This document shows positions 35,165-43,359 of a stretch of 64,000 bases of DNA, in pieces. The translations under genes and the position numbers were made by a program. Source of the stretch: Candidatus Limnocylindrales bacterium (GTDB lineage: Bacteria > Chloroflexota > Limnocylindria > Limnocylindrales > CSP1-4); assembly GCA_036003325.1 (NCBI GenBank), contig DASYSM010000134.1, positions 9,164 to 73,163 on the forward strand. The letters are read 5' to 3'. Every line of letters starts with the position of its first letter. Position 1 is the first letter of the stretch. The notes below the pieces were generated by a model. The model did no database searches. It was not told where the DNA came from and saw only the letters and a list, made by a program, of their open reading frames with translations.

Positions 35165-36172
35165 ATGCAGTTCGGCTTCACGCTCAAGCCCGACCACACG
35201 CCAGAGCGCACGCTCGCGCTGACCCGCCGGGCCGAGGCTGCCGGCTTCGATCACGGCTGGCTGTTCGACTCGCACGTGCTGTGGCGCGACCCCTATCCGC
35301 TGCTCACGCTGATGGCCGGGGCGACCGAACGCATGCGGCTGGGGACGTGCGTCACCAACCCCGGCACCCGCGAGCCGACGGTCACCGCGTCGCTGCTTGC
35401 GACGCTCGATGAGATCAGCGGCGGCCGGATGGACCTCGGCATCGGCCGCGGCGATTCGGCGCGCCGCGTGCTCGGCAAGCCGCCCATCACGATGGCGAAC
35501 ACCGAGGAGGCGATCGGGGTCATCCGGGCGCTCGTCGCCGGCCGACGGATCACCTACGAGGGCACCGAGCTCGAGTTCCCCTGGACGACCGGCTGGACCC
35601 TCCCCGTCTGGGTCGCGGGGTACGGCCCGATGGCGCTGGCGATGACCGGTCGCGTCGCCGATGGGCTGATCCTCCAGCTCGCCGACCCCGACCTCATCCG
35701 CTGGTTCGTCGGCCAGCTCCACGAGGCGGCTGCCGCTGCCGGTCGAGATCCGGCCTCCATCAAGGTCCAGGCCGCGGCGGCCGCCTACGTCGGGCCGCGC
35801 GATCTCGGGCGTGAGCGGGCGCGCTGGTTCCCGGCCCTCGTGTCCAACCACGTCGTTGACCTGGTCAACAAGTACCCGCGCGATCAGCTGCCAGCCAGCC
35901 TCACCGGCTACATCCGCGATCGGGCGGGCTACGACTACCACCACCACGCCGAGGTCGGCTCGTCCAATGCCGCCTTCGTCGAGGACGAGGTGACCGACCG
36001 GTTCTGCGTCCTCGGGCCGGCCGACGAGCACGTGGCCAAGCTCCGCGAGCTCGCCGCGGCGGGCGTGGACCAGTTCAACGTGTACCTCATGAACGGCGAC
36101 GAGGAGGACCAGCTCGACGCCTACGGCCGCGACGTGATCCCGGTGGTGCGCGGCGGCGCCGCCACGTCCTAG
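35165..36172 (+). CDS. Luciferase-like monooxygenase (LLM) class, probable F420-dependent oxidoreductase
   Basis: MQFGFTLKP start, GRMDLGIGRGDS, and TIM-barrel LLM pattern. The subfamily assignment (F420-dependent, dihydropyrimidinase-associated) is from recollection of family descriptions. Confidence 0.8.
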   Translation: MQFGFTLKPDHTPERTLALTRRAEAAGFDHGWLFDSHVLWRDPYPLLTLMAGATERMRLGTCVTNPGTREPTVTASLLATLDEISGGRMDLGIGRGDSARRVLGKPPITMANTEEAIGVIRALVAGRRITYEGTELEFPWTTGWTLPVWVAGYGPMALAMTGRVADGLILQLADPDLIRWFVGQLHEAAAAAGRDPASIKVQAAAAAYVGPRDLGRERARWFPALVSNHVVDLVNKYPRDQLPASLTGYIRDRAGYDYHHHAEVGSSNAAFVEDEVTDRFCVLGPADEHVAKLRELAAAGVDQFNVYLMNGDEEDQLDAYGRDVIPVVRGGAATS

Positions 36173-36286
36173 CACCATCGTCAGGCTGGTCAGCGATCCG
36201 CGCCGGCGCGATGCTGGCCGATGACGGCGCTGCGGCGCGACCGACGCGGTCGAACGCCACCGACCGCTCAGCCAGGAGGACCAGAG

Positions 36287-36469
36287 ATGGGGCTGTTCCG
36301 ACACGGGCGTGATCCGTTCTGGGACGACGGTGTCGGCGCACGCCAGGCCTACGACCGGAAGCGCATCGAGGCGTTCGTGGCCCTCGCCCTCGCCATCTGC
36401 GCCTGCGGCCTCACGACGGCGATGTGGCTGCGCACCCTGGCCGCCTCGATGGGACACGGGCTGGGCTGA
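36287..36469 (+). CDS. Small single-TM protein (60 aa), hypothetical
   Basis: ATG 36287 lies 6 nt after AGGAGGA. One hydrophobic helix, IEAFVALALAICACGLTTAMWL. Confidence 0.4.
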   Translation: MGLFRHGRDPFWDDGVGARQAYDRKRIEAFVALALAICACGLTTAMWLRTLAASMGHGLG

Positions 36470-36570
36470 CCGCCCGTACCTCTCGTCTCCGTTCCCTCCC
36501 TGCGCCCGCCGGGGCCCATCGCCTACGATGGCCCTCCTGACCGGGTCGTGGACCGCGCGAGGAGGGACCG

Positions 36571-37968
36571 ATGCGCACGCTCATCACCAACGGGACGATC
36601 GTCACCGCCGACGGCAGCTACGGCGCCGACGTCCTGATCGACGGCGAGACGATCGCGCAGATCGGCCGTGACCTGGCCGCCGGCGGCGTGGCGGCCGATG
36701 AGACCATCGACGCCTCGGGCAGGTACGTGATCCCGGGCGGGATCGACGTCCACACCCACATGGAGCTGCCGTTCGGTGGCACCTTCGCCAAGGACACCTT
36801 CGAGACCGGGACGCGTGCGGCCGCGTTCGGCGGGACGACCTCGATCGTCGACTTCGCCGTCCAATCGAAGGGCCAGAGCCTGCGCCAGGGCCTCGACGCC
36901 TGGCATGCCAAGGCCGAGGGCAACGCCGTCATCGACTACGGCTTCCACATGATCATGAGCGACGTCACCGACGACACGCTGGCCGAGATGGACGGGCTGG
37001 TCGCCGAGGGCGTGCCCGACTTCAAGCTGTTCACCGCGTACCCGGGTGTCTTCTACAGCGACGACGGAGCGATCTTCCGGGCGATGCAGCAGACCGCGCG
37101 GAACGGCGGGCTGATCATGATGCACGCCGAGAACGGGATGGCCATCGACGTGGTCGCCGCGCAGACCGTCGACGCCGGCACGACCGACCCGATCGGCCAC
37201 GGCCTCGCCCGCAAGCCCATCTTCGAAGGCGAGGCGACCAACCGGGTGATCCGCCTGGCGGAAGCCGCCGAGGCGCCGGTCTACATCGTCCACCTCTCGG
37301 CGCGCGATGCGCTCGAGACCGTGCGCGAGGCCCGCGACCGCGGGAGCAAGGTCTTCGCCGAGACGTGCCCCCAGTACCTGTTCCTGTCGCTCGACGACCT
37401 GGGCCACGGGTTCGAGGGCGCCAAGTTCGTGTGCTCGCCACCGCTGCGCACCAGGGACCACTGGGACGAGCTGTGGACCGGCCTCGTCAAGGACGACCTG
37501 CAGGTCGTGTCGACCGACCACTGCCCGTTCGACTTCCACGGTCAGAAGGAGCTCGGCAGGGACGACTTCCGCAAGATCCCGAACGGGCTGCCGGGCGTCG
37601 AGGACCGGCTCGACCTGCTCCACGACGGCGGGGTCGTTGCCGGCCGGATCACCAGGGAGCGCTGGGTCGAGATCGTTTCGACCGCGCCGGCCAGGCTGTT
37701 CGGGATGTACCCGCAGAAGGGCGCGATCGCAGTCGGCTCCGACGCCGACCTGGTCGTCTACGACCCGAACCGCTCGCACACGATCTCGGCCGGGACCCAT
37801 CACATGGACGTCGACTACTCGTGCTATGAGGGCCGGACGGTCCGGGGCGGCAGCGACATCGTGTTGTCGCGCGGCTCGGTCATCGTGCGCGACGGGCAGT
37901 TCAGCGGACGCAAGGGCGCCGGACGGTTCATCAAGCGCTCGACCGCGGACTACGCCCGCTCGAATTGA
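36571..37968 (+). CDS. Dihydropyrimidinase / D-hydantoinase
   Basis: GGIDVHTHM metal site, amidohydrolase fold, SPPLR and STDHCPF motifs typical of dihydropyrimidinases. Confidence 0.92.
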   Translation: MRTLITNGTIVTADGSYGADVLIDGETIAQIGRDLAAGGVAADETIDASGRYVIPGGIDVHTHMELPFGGTFAKDTFETGTRAAAFGGTTSIVDFAVQSKGQSLRQGLDAWHAKAEGNAVIDYGFHMIMSDVTDDTLAEMDGLVAEGVPDFKLFTAYPGVFYSDDGAIFRAMQQTARNGGLIMMHAENGMAIDVVAAQTVDAGTTDPIGHGLARKPIFEGEATNRVIRLAEAAEAPVYIVHLSARDALETVREARDRGSKVFAETCPQYLFLSLDDLGHGFEGAKFVCSPPLRTRDHWDELWTGLVKDDLQVVSTDHCPFDFHGQKELGRDDFRKIPNGLPGVEDRLDLLHDGGVVAGRITRERWVEIVSTAPARLFGMYPQKGAIAVGSDADLVVYDPNRSHTISAGTHHMDVDYSCYEGRTVRGGSDIVLSRGSVIVRDGQFSGRKGAGRFIKRSTADYARSN

Positions 37969-37985
37969 CCGTCGAGGAGCGGCCG

Positions 37986-38414
37986 ATGAGCGCGATCAGC
38001 GTCGATGCGGATCTCGACCGGCTGGCTGATATCCGTGCGCTGGTGCGCGGCGTGGCCCTGTCGAGCGATGCTCCGCCGGCCTGCCTCGACGACCTCGTCC
38101 AGGCGGTCGACGAGGCCGCGACGAACATCGTCGTGCACGGCTACGCGCGACGGGGCGGCGCGATCGACATCGAGGCGCGCCTGGTCGACGAGCAGATCGT
38201 CATCGTCCTGTCGGACACGGCCCCGTCGTTCGACCCGACCAGCGTCCCCGAGCCCGACCTGTCGGTCCCTCCACTCCGACGTCGCCCGGGCGGGATGGGC
38301 ATCCACCTCATCCGGCTCGCGACCGATTCGATGGTCCATCGGGCGCGACCCGGCGGTGGCAACATACTGACCCTCACGCGCTCGCTGGATCCGCGCCCCA
38401 AGGAGGAGCGATAG
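37986..38414 (+). CDS. RsbW/SpoIIAB-like anti-sigma serine kinase (HATPase_c_2)
   Basis: EAATNIVVHGY (N-box) and GGMGIHLIRLATD (G-box). ATG 37986 lies 6 nt after GAGGAG. A TTG at 37965 would overlap the dihydropyrimidinase stop. Confidence 0.82.
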   Translation: MSAISVDADLDRLADIRALVRGVALSSDAPPACLDDLVQAVDEAATNIVVHGYARRGGAIDIEARLVDEQIVIVLSDTAPSFDPTSVPEPDLSVPPLRRRPGGMGIHLIRLATDSMVHRARPGGGNILTLTRSLDPRPKEER

Positions 38415-38834
38415 ATGGCACTGCAGACCACCGTCGAGCGCGTGGCGGCCCGCGTGCCGGTCACGGTCATGGCGCTCGACGGCGAGCTCGACGCGTCCAA
38501 CTTCGAGCGGCTCATCGAGGACGTTCGCGGGCTGTATGCCGCGGGCGACCGGACCCTGCTGCTCGATCTCTCCGGGTTGACCTTCATGGCGAGCTCGGGG
38601 CTCGTGGCGCTCCACGCGATCGTGCTCGTGATGCACGGCCAGCGACCGCCCGACCTCGAGGGCGGTTGGTCGGCCTTCCACGCGCTGACCGACGCCGTCG
38701 AAGGCAGCGAACGCCAGACGGAGGTCCAGCTGTGCGGCGCCCAGGCGCCCGTGACCCGTGTCCTCGAGCGGACCGGGCTGGACCGCCTGTTCGTGTCGCA
38801 TCCCGATCGCGCCTCCGCGATCGCCGCGATCTGA
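38415..38834 (+). CDS. STAS-domain anti-anti-sigma factor (RsbV/SpoIIAA-like)
   Basis: LLLDLSGLTFMASSGLVAL contains the conserved phosphorylatable Ser context. The ATG directly follows the RsbW-like stop and is preceded by AAGGAGGAG. Confidence 0.82.
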   Translation: MALQTTVERVAARVPVTVMALDGELDASNFERLIEDVRGLYAAGDRTLLLDLSGLTFMASSGLVALHAIVLVMHGQRPPDLEGGWSAFHALTDAVEGSERQTEVQLCGAQAPVTRVLERTGLDRLFVSHPDRASAIAAI

Positions 38835-38853
38835 CGCACGGTCCCGGTCGGCC

Positions 38854-39903
38854 ATGACCGACCCCGGCGCCGCGCTCGATCCCGAACGCGTCGAGCGGAT
38901 CCTCGCCTCCTTCGCCCCCGCGAGGGACCGCCTGCAGGTCGCCGTCATCGACACGACCGGCCGGCCGATCGGCGGGTCGTCCGCTTCTGGTCCGGGCGAC
39001 GACCCGGCACGCGAGCCAAAGCTGGTCCGGGACATCACCTGCGCGGGCGGGATCGTCGGGCACGTCGTCGCGAGCGGTCCGGCCATCGACGACCCGGCGG
39101 TCGTCTCGGCGCTCGACGCCGTGGCGGCCGGACTCGGGGAGCTGGCCGAAGCCGACTACCGCTCGCTCGCGTCCGAGCTGGCCCAGGCGCGCCTCGCGCA
39201 ACGCAGCTTCGTGTCGCTCCGTGCACCGGCCGTGCCGGGGTACGACCTGGCCAGCCATTACGAGGCGGCCCGCGAGATCGGCGGCGACTTCTTCGAGCTG
39301 TTCACGGTGCAGCACCCGCGGCGGCCGGTCGGCGTGGTCATCGCCGACGTCACGGGCAAGGGCATCGGCGCGGGGATGCTGATGGCCTTCGCCCGCCCGG
39401 TCATCCACGCCGCACTCGAAAACTCGCCGGGCCCGGCCGAGGCGCTCGAGCGGACGAACCGCATCCTCGTCGACGAGATCCGGAGTGGCCTGTTCATCAC
39501 GGCCATCGCCGGCGTGCTCGACCCCGCCACGGGGCGGCTGCGGATGGCCAACGCCGGCCACGAGCCACCCCTGATCGTGCCGGGCGATGGCGGTCCGATC
39601 GGCGCCGTCGAGGGCGGTGGCGTGCTCCTCGGCGCCTTTCGCACCCTCGACGCGCCCGAGCTCGACGTCGAGCTCCGACCGGGCGACACCCTCGTGCTGT
39701 ACACGGACGGGGTGACCGACGCGGTCGCCACGTCCGGCGAGCGGTTCGGCGAGCCCCGGCTGCTCACGACGATCGCGGCCGCGCGCGGCGGGTCGGCGCA
39801 CGACATCGTCGCGGCGGTCCGCGATGCGGTGACGGTGTTCCGCGGGAGCGCGTCACCGGCCGACGACATCACGATCGTCGCCATCGGTCGCCGGCGGCCG
39901 TGA
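38854..39903 (+). CDS. PP2C/SpoIIE-family phosphatase (RsbU-like) with about 120-aa N-terminal domain of unknown type
   Basis: REIGGDFFEL, VVIADVTGKGIGAGMLM, and LVLYTDGVTDA motifs. Confidence 0.85.
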   Translation: MTDPGAALDPERVERILASFAPARDRLQVAVIDTTGRPIGGSSASGPGDDPAREPKLVRDITCAGGIVGHVVASGPAIDDPAVVSALDAVAAGLGELAEADYRSLASELAQARLAQRSFVSLRAPAVPGYDLASHYEAAREIGGDFFELFTVQHPRRPVGVVIADVTGKGIGAGMLMAFARPVIHAALENSPGPAEALERTNRILVDEIRSGLFITAIAGVLDPATGRLRMANAGHEPPLIVPGDGGPIGAVEGGGVLLGAFRTLDAPELDVELRPGDTLVLYTDGVTDAVATSGERFGEPRLLTTIAAARGGSAHDIVAAVRDAVTVFRGSASPADDITIVAIGRRRP

Positions 39904-40817
39904 TCGGGATGGCCGGGCCGCTCGTCGTCGACGGCGGGCTGGCGACCGAGCTCGAAGCGGCCGGTCACGACCTGTCCGACGGGCTCTGGTCGGCACGCCT
40001 GCTGCTCAGCCAGCCGGAGGCGATCGAGGCGGTCCATCTCGCCTACTACCGCGCCGGCGCCCGGGTCGCGACCACGGCGAGCTACCAGGCGTCCATCCCG
40101 GGGTTCGCGGCCGCCGGGCTCGACCGGGCGACCGCCCTCGACGCGATCCGCACGAGCGTGGCGCTCGCCCGGCGCGCCCGCGACCGGTTCGTCAAGGAGA
40201 CCGGGCGGCCGGCCGTCGACGGGCTGCTCGTGGCGGGCTCGGTCGGGCCGTACGGCGCGATGCTCGCCGACGGATCCGAGTACCGCGGCGACTACGACCC
40301 CGGACCGGCCGCCCTGGCCGCGTTCCATCGGCCGCGGATCGAGACGCTCGTGGCAGCCGGGGTCGATCTCCTCGCCATCGAGACCATCCCGACGGTCCGC
40401 GAGGCCGAGGTCATCGTCGGGCTCCTCGACGAGGTCGCCGTGCCGGCCTGGCTGAGCTATTCATGCCGGGACGGCCGCTCGACGTCGGCCGGCGAGCCGA
40501 TCGCGGAGGCGGTCGCTGTCGGGAGCCATCCCCGGGTCGTGGCGGTCGGGATCAACTGCACGCCGCCGCGGCACCTGCCGGCGCTCCTCGCGAGCGCACG
40601 TGACGCGACGACCAAGCCACTGATCGCCTATCCGAACGACGGCGATCGGTGGGATCCCGTCAGCCGGCGCTGGGTGGCCGATCGCGCCGGGTCGTCCGAC
40701 CCCGGGGCAGTCGCGTCGTGGACGTCGTATGGCGCGACCTGGCTCGGCGGCTGCTGCGGGACCGGGCCAGCCGACATCGCCGCACTGGCTGCGGCCGTGG
40801 GATCGGCCGTGACCTAG
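39900..40817 (+). CDS. mmuM: Homocysteine S-methyltransferase
   Basis: LWSARLL, ETIP, INCT and the C-terminal LGGCCGTGP zinc-ligand motif. GTG 39900 overlaps the phosphatase stop (GTGA); alternative ATG at 39909. Confidence 0.88.
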   Translation: MIGMAGPLVVDGGLATELEAAGHDLSDGLWSARLLLSQPEAIEAVHLAYYRAGARVATTASYQASIPGFAAAGLDRATALDAIRTSVALARRARDRFVKETGRPAVDGLLVAGSVGPYGAMLADGSEYRGDYDPGPAALAAFHRPRIETLVAAGVDLLAIETIPTVREAEVIVGLLDEVAVPAWLSYSCRDGRSTSAGEPIAEAVAVGSHPRVVAVGINCTPPRHLPALLASARDATTKPLIAYPNDGDRWDPVSRRWVADRAGSSDPGAVASWTSYGATWLGGCCGTGPADIAALAAAVGSAVT

Positions 40818-42604
40818 CCGGCCGATTCCAGCGGCGCCCGCTCGGCCGCGACGCGGTGCGCCTCGTCGTGCGCCTGCGGGTGGCCCGTCACCGCCTCGAG
40901 GAAATCGGCGCGGCCGAGCATCAGCAGGACGGTCGGTCGCACCGCAGTGACGGTCGCCGTGCGCGGGACGTCCCGCAGCAGTGCGATCTCGCCGAAACCC
41001 TGGCCGCGCTCCGTCGTGACCCGGAGGTGCCGGCCCGCCTGGCTGACGGATACCTCGCCCGATTCGAGGACGTAGTAGGCGTCGCCCGGGTCGCCTTCAC
41101 GGATGATGACCTCGCCAGGCTCCACCGTCAGCCAGCGCGAGCGACGACCGACCACCTCGAGCTGCGGCGGCGCGAGGGGCGCGAACACCGCGCCCGCCCG
41201 CAGCAGATCGAGCGCCCTCGTGGGAACGAGCGCCGTGCGGTCGATCGCGCGCAGACCGGACCAGCCGAGGAGCACTCCGAGCGGCAGGAGGAGGCCGACC
41301 ACCACGAGCGCCGACTCGATGCCGACGAGCGCGACGATCAGCGGCGCGATGAGCGCGCCGACCGCGAGGCCGATCATGCCGATCCCCTCCAGCGCTCCGA
41401 GGACGCGCGCGAGCATCCGATCGGCGGTGACCCGCTGGAGGATGGTCCGTCCGACGACGTCACAGGCGGCGTAGCCGATCCCGCCGGCTGCGATGAGCGG
41501 CATCGCGAGCCAGACTGGCGCGACGGTGCCGACCAGCACGAGACAGGCGCCCCACACAACGGCGGCGACGGCGAGCACGGGCGCCAGTCGTTGCCGGCCG
41601 ACGAGCGAGAACATGACCGCCCCGCCGGCGACCATCCCCAGGCCGAGCGACGCGCTGAGGAGTGAGGCGCCCGAGTCGCCGATGTGGAACACCTCGAGGG
41701 CAAGCAGCACGAACAGGACATCCGTCGCCCCGACGGTCACCAACCGAAGCGCCAGGATGCCGATCACCAGCCGCGTCGCGCCGGACCGGCGGACCGTTCG
41801 GATCCCCGACAGGAGTCCATCGGGCGGCAGGAGGGCGTCTGCGGCCGGTGGGTCGCCGGCGACCGTCGGCGGCGACGACGGCATCGGCAGCCGCGCGACG
41901 AGCGCCGCCGCGACCAGGCAGGCCGCGGCACCGGCCGCGATCACCGCGGTCGGTGAGGCGATCGCCAGGATGCCGGCAGCCACGAGCGGACCGAGCATGA
42001 GCCCGGTCCCCTCGACCGTGCCCGACAGCCCGTTCGCGGCCGTCAGCTCCTCGGGCGTGCGCGAGACGCTCGGCAGGAGGGCTCCCTGGGTGGGGCGGGT
42101 GATGGTCAGTGATGTCGCCGCCGCGGCAGCTCCGGCGTAGACGATGATCGGTGGGGCGGCGAGCGCCATCGCGACGGTGGTCAGGCCGAAGCCCCCGGCC
42201 TGGACCAGGTAGCCGCCGAACAGCACCCGGTCGCGCGGGTAGCGGTCGGCGAGGTTGGCCCACAGCGGGGCGACCACCGCGGCGGGGACCAGCTGGCAGA
42301 CCGCGACGAGCCCGACGCTCGCGGGCCCGGTCGCGCCGTATGCATACAGCAGGATCGCGATCCAGGTGCCGTACTCGACGGCATTGAACAGGAGGAACGC
42401 CACCTCGACGTGCCGCAGCGCCGGGCTGCCGAGGATGGCGCGAACGACCCGCAGGGACAGGGTCAGCTGGGTGCGCAGACCCAGGACCGCGCTCAACGGC
42501 CGAGCGCTGCGGACGGCGACGCTGAGGGCTGTGAACGACGGCAGCGCATCCGCCGATTCTAGGGCCGGCGACGGCCCACCAGATGACGCGCCGCACAACG
42601 ACAC
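40814..42604 (-). CDS. MFS transporter fused to a C-terminal cyclic-nucleotide-binding domain
   Basis: About 12 TM helices, then FAPLAPPQLEVV...GDPGDAYYVLESGEV...GFGEIALLRDVPRTATV (cNMP-binding beta-barrel with PBC-like FGEIAL...R.A). Start uncertain. Confidence 0.8.
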   Translation of the reverse strand: MSLCGASSGGPSPALESADALPSFTALSVAVRSARPLSAVLGLRTQLTLSLRVVRAILGSPALRHVEVAFLLFNAVEYGTWIAILLYAYGATGPASVGLVAVCQLVPAAVVAPLWANLADRYPRDRVLFGGYLVQAGGFGLTTVAMALAAPPIIVYAGAAAAATSLTITRPTQGALLPSVSRTPEELTAANGLSGTVEGTGLMLGPLVAAGILAIASPTAVIAAGAAACLVAAALVARLPMPSSPPTVAGDPPAADALLPPDGLLSGIRTVRRSGATRLVIGILALRLVTVGATDVLFVLLALEVFHIGDSGASLLSASLGLGMVAGGAVMFSLVGRQRLAPVLAVAAVVWGACLVLVGTVAPVWLAMPLIAAGGIGYAACDVVGRTILQRVTADRMLARVLGALEGIGMIGLAVGALIAPLIVALVGIESALVVVGLLLPLGVLLGWSGLRAIDRTALVPTRALDLLRAGAVFAPLAPPQLEVVGRRSRWLTVEPGEVIIREGDPGDAYYVLESGEVSVSQAGRHLRVTTERGQGFGEIALLRDVPRTATVTAVRPTVLLMLGRADFLEAVTGHPQAHDEAHRVAAERAPLESAG

Positions 42605-42647
42605 GCGGACGCACCGGCTGGCACGTCCGCGTGTCGGAGGAGGGGGA

Positions 42648-43073
42648 TCAGACGGTCGCGGTCGACCGTCGCGAGAAGATCCGGATACCGGCCAGGATCA
42701 GCGCCTCGATCAGCGTCCAGGCGATGAGCGCGACGATCGCGCTGATGTCCAGGACCGAGCCCTGGTCGGCCGCCACGCGGTTGAGCGAGAACATGTTGAT
42801 GAACGGCTCGACGAACGGCTGGGTGATGTTGAACACGAAGCTGACGATGTCGTTGCCCGGGTTGGCGACGAGCAGCAGCAGGATGATCCGGAGGATCAGG
42901 AGCACCTGCAGGATACCGAAGACGAAGGTCACGATGCGGGCGGCCATCGTCGCCCCACCCGGTCCGGGGGCGACATAGGTATCGGTCGTCCGGACGGTGC
43001 TCGGTGGTGCCGGCGCGCCATAGGCGTCGGTCGTGTTGGTCTGCTGGGTGGTGGTTCGCTGGTATTCGGTCAT
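42648..43073 (-). CDS. YggT-family membrane protein
   Basis: ATG 43073 after GGAGG. ILRIILLLLV...ITQPFVEPF pattern typical of YGGT. Confidence 0.7.
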   Translation of the reverse strand: MTEYQRTTTQQTNTTDAYGAPAPPSTVRTTDTYVAPGPGGATMAARIVTFVFGILQVLLILRIILLLLVANPGNDIVSFVFNITQPFVEPFINMFSLNRVAADQGSVLDISAIVALIAWTLIEALILAGIRIFSRRSTATV

Positions 43074-43235
43074 CGTCGATCCTCCTGGGATGGGCCCCAA
43101 GAGTCGTGCGCCCGGCATCACCGCCGGTCGCGAAGCCGACGGGACATCGCTTGCAACGGCGTGACACCTTCGCGGCCGCCGTCCCACGATCGTCGGGGTG
43201 CCTCCCGGCACCGCCGGTCGTCACCATCGGCCGTT

Positions 43236-43254
43236 TTGATATGCATTTGATATG
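43236..43254. promoter_or_regulatory. AT-rich direct repeat TTGATATG-cat-TTGATATG (11-bp period) in the divergent YggT / S8-protease spacer
   Basis: Read directly. It is a conspicuous AT-rich patch in a very GC-rich 286-bp spacer, about 105 nt upstream of the protease GTG. Confidence 0.4.
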
Positions 43255-43359
43255 GACCTCGACCCGCCTCGCGCGTACGGTCGACACATTCCACAGAGGC
43301 CGCCGTGAGCGCCACCCGTCGTGGCCGCTGCTTGGCCTCGAACAGGGAGGAGAGCGCCC

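Noticed and set aside
36199-36210. 12-nt perfect palindrome cgcgccggcgcg downstream of the LLM gene, considered as an operator or terminator
   Set aside because: It has no loop, so it is not a hairpin terminator. GC-only palindromes of this size are expected by chance at this base composition.
34055-36457. N-terminal 800 aa of the 1603-aa ORF 31646-36457
   Set aside because: It is antisense to the well-supported beta-ureidopropionase and LLM genes and has low-complexity R/G/D/E composition. The regulator starts at ATG 34054.
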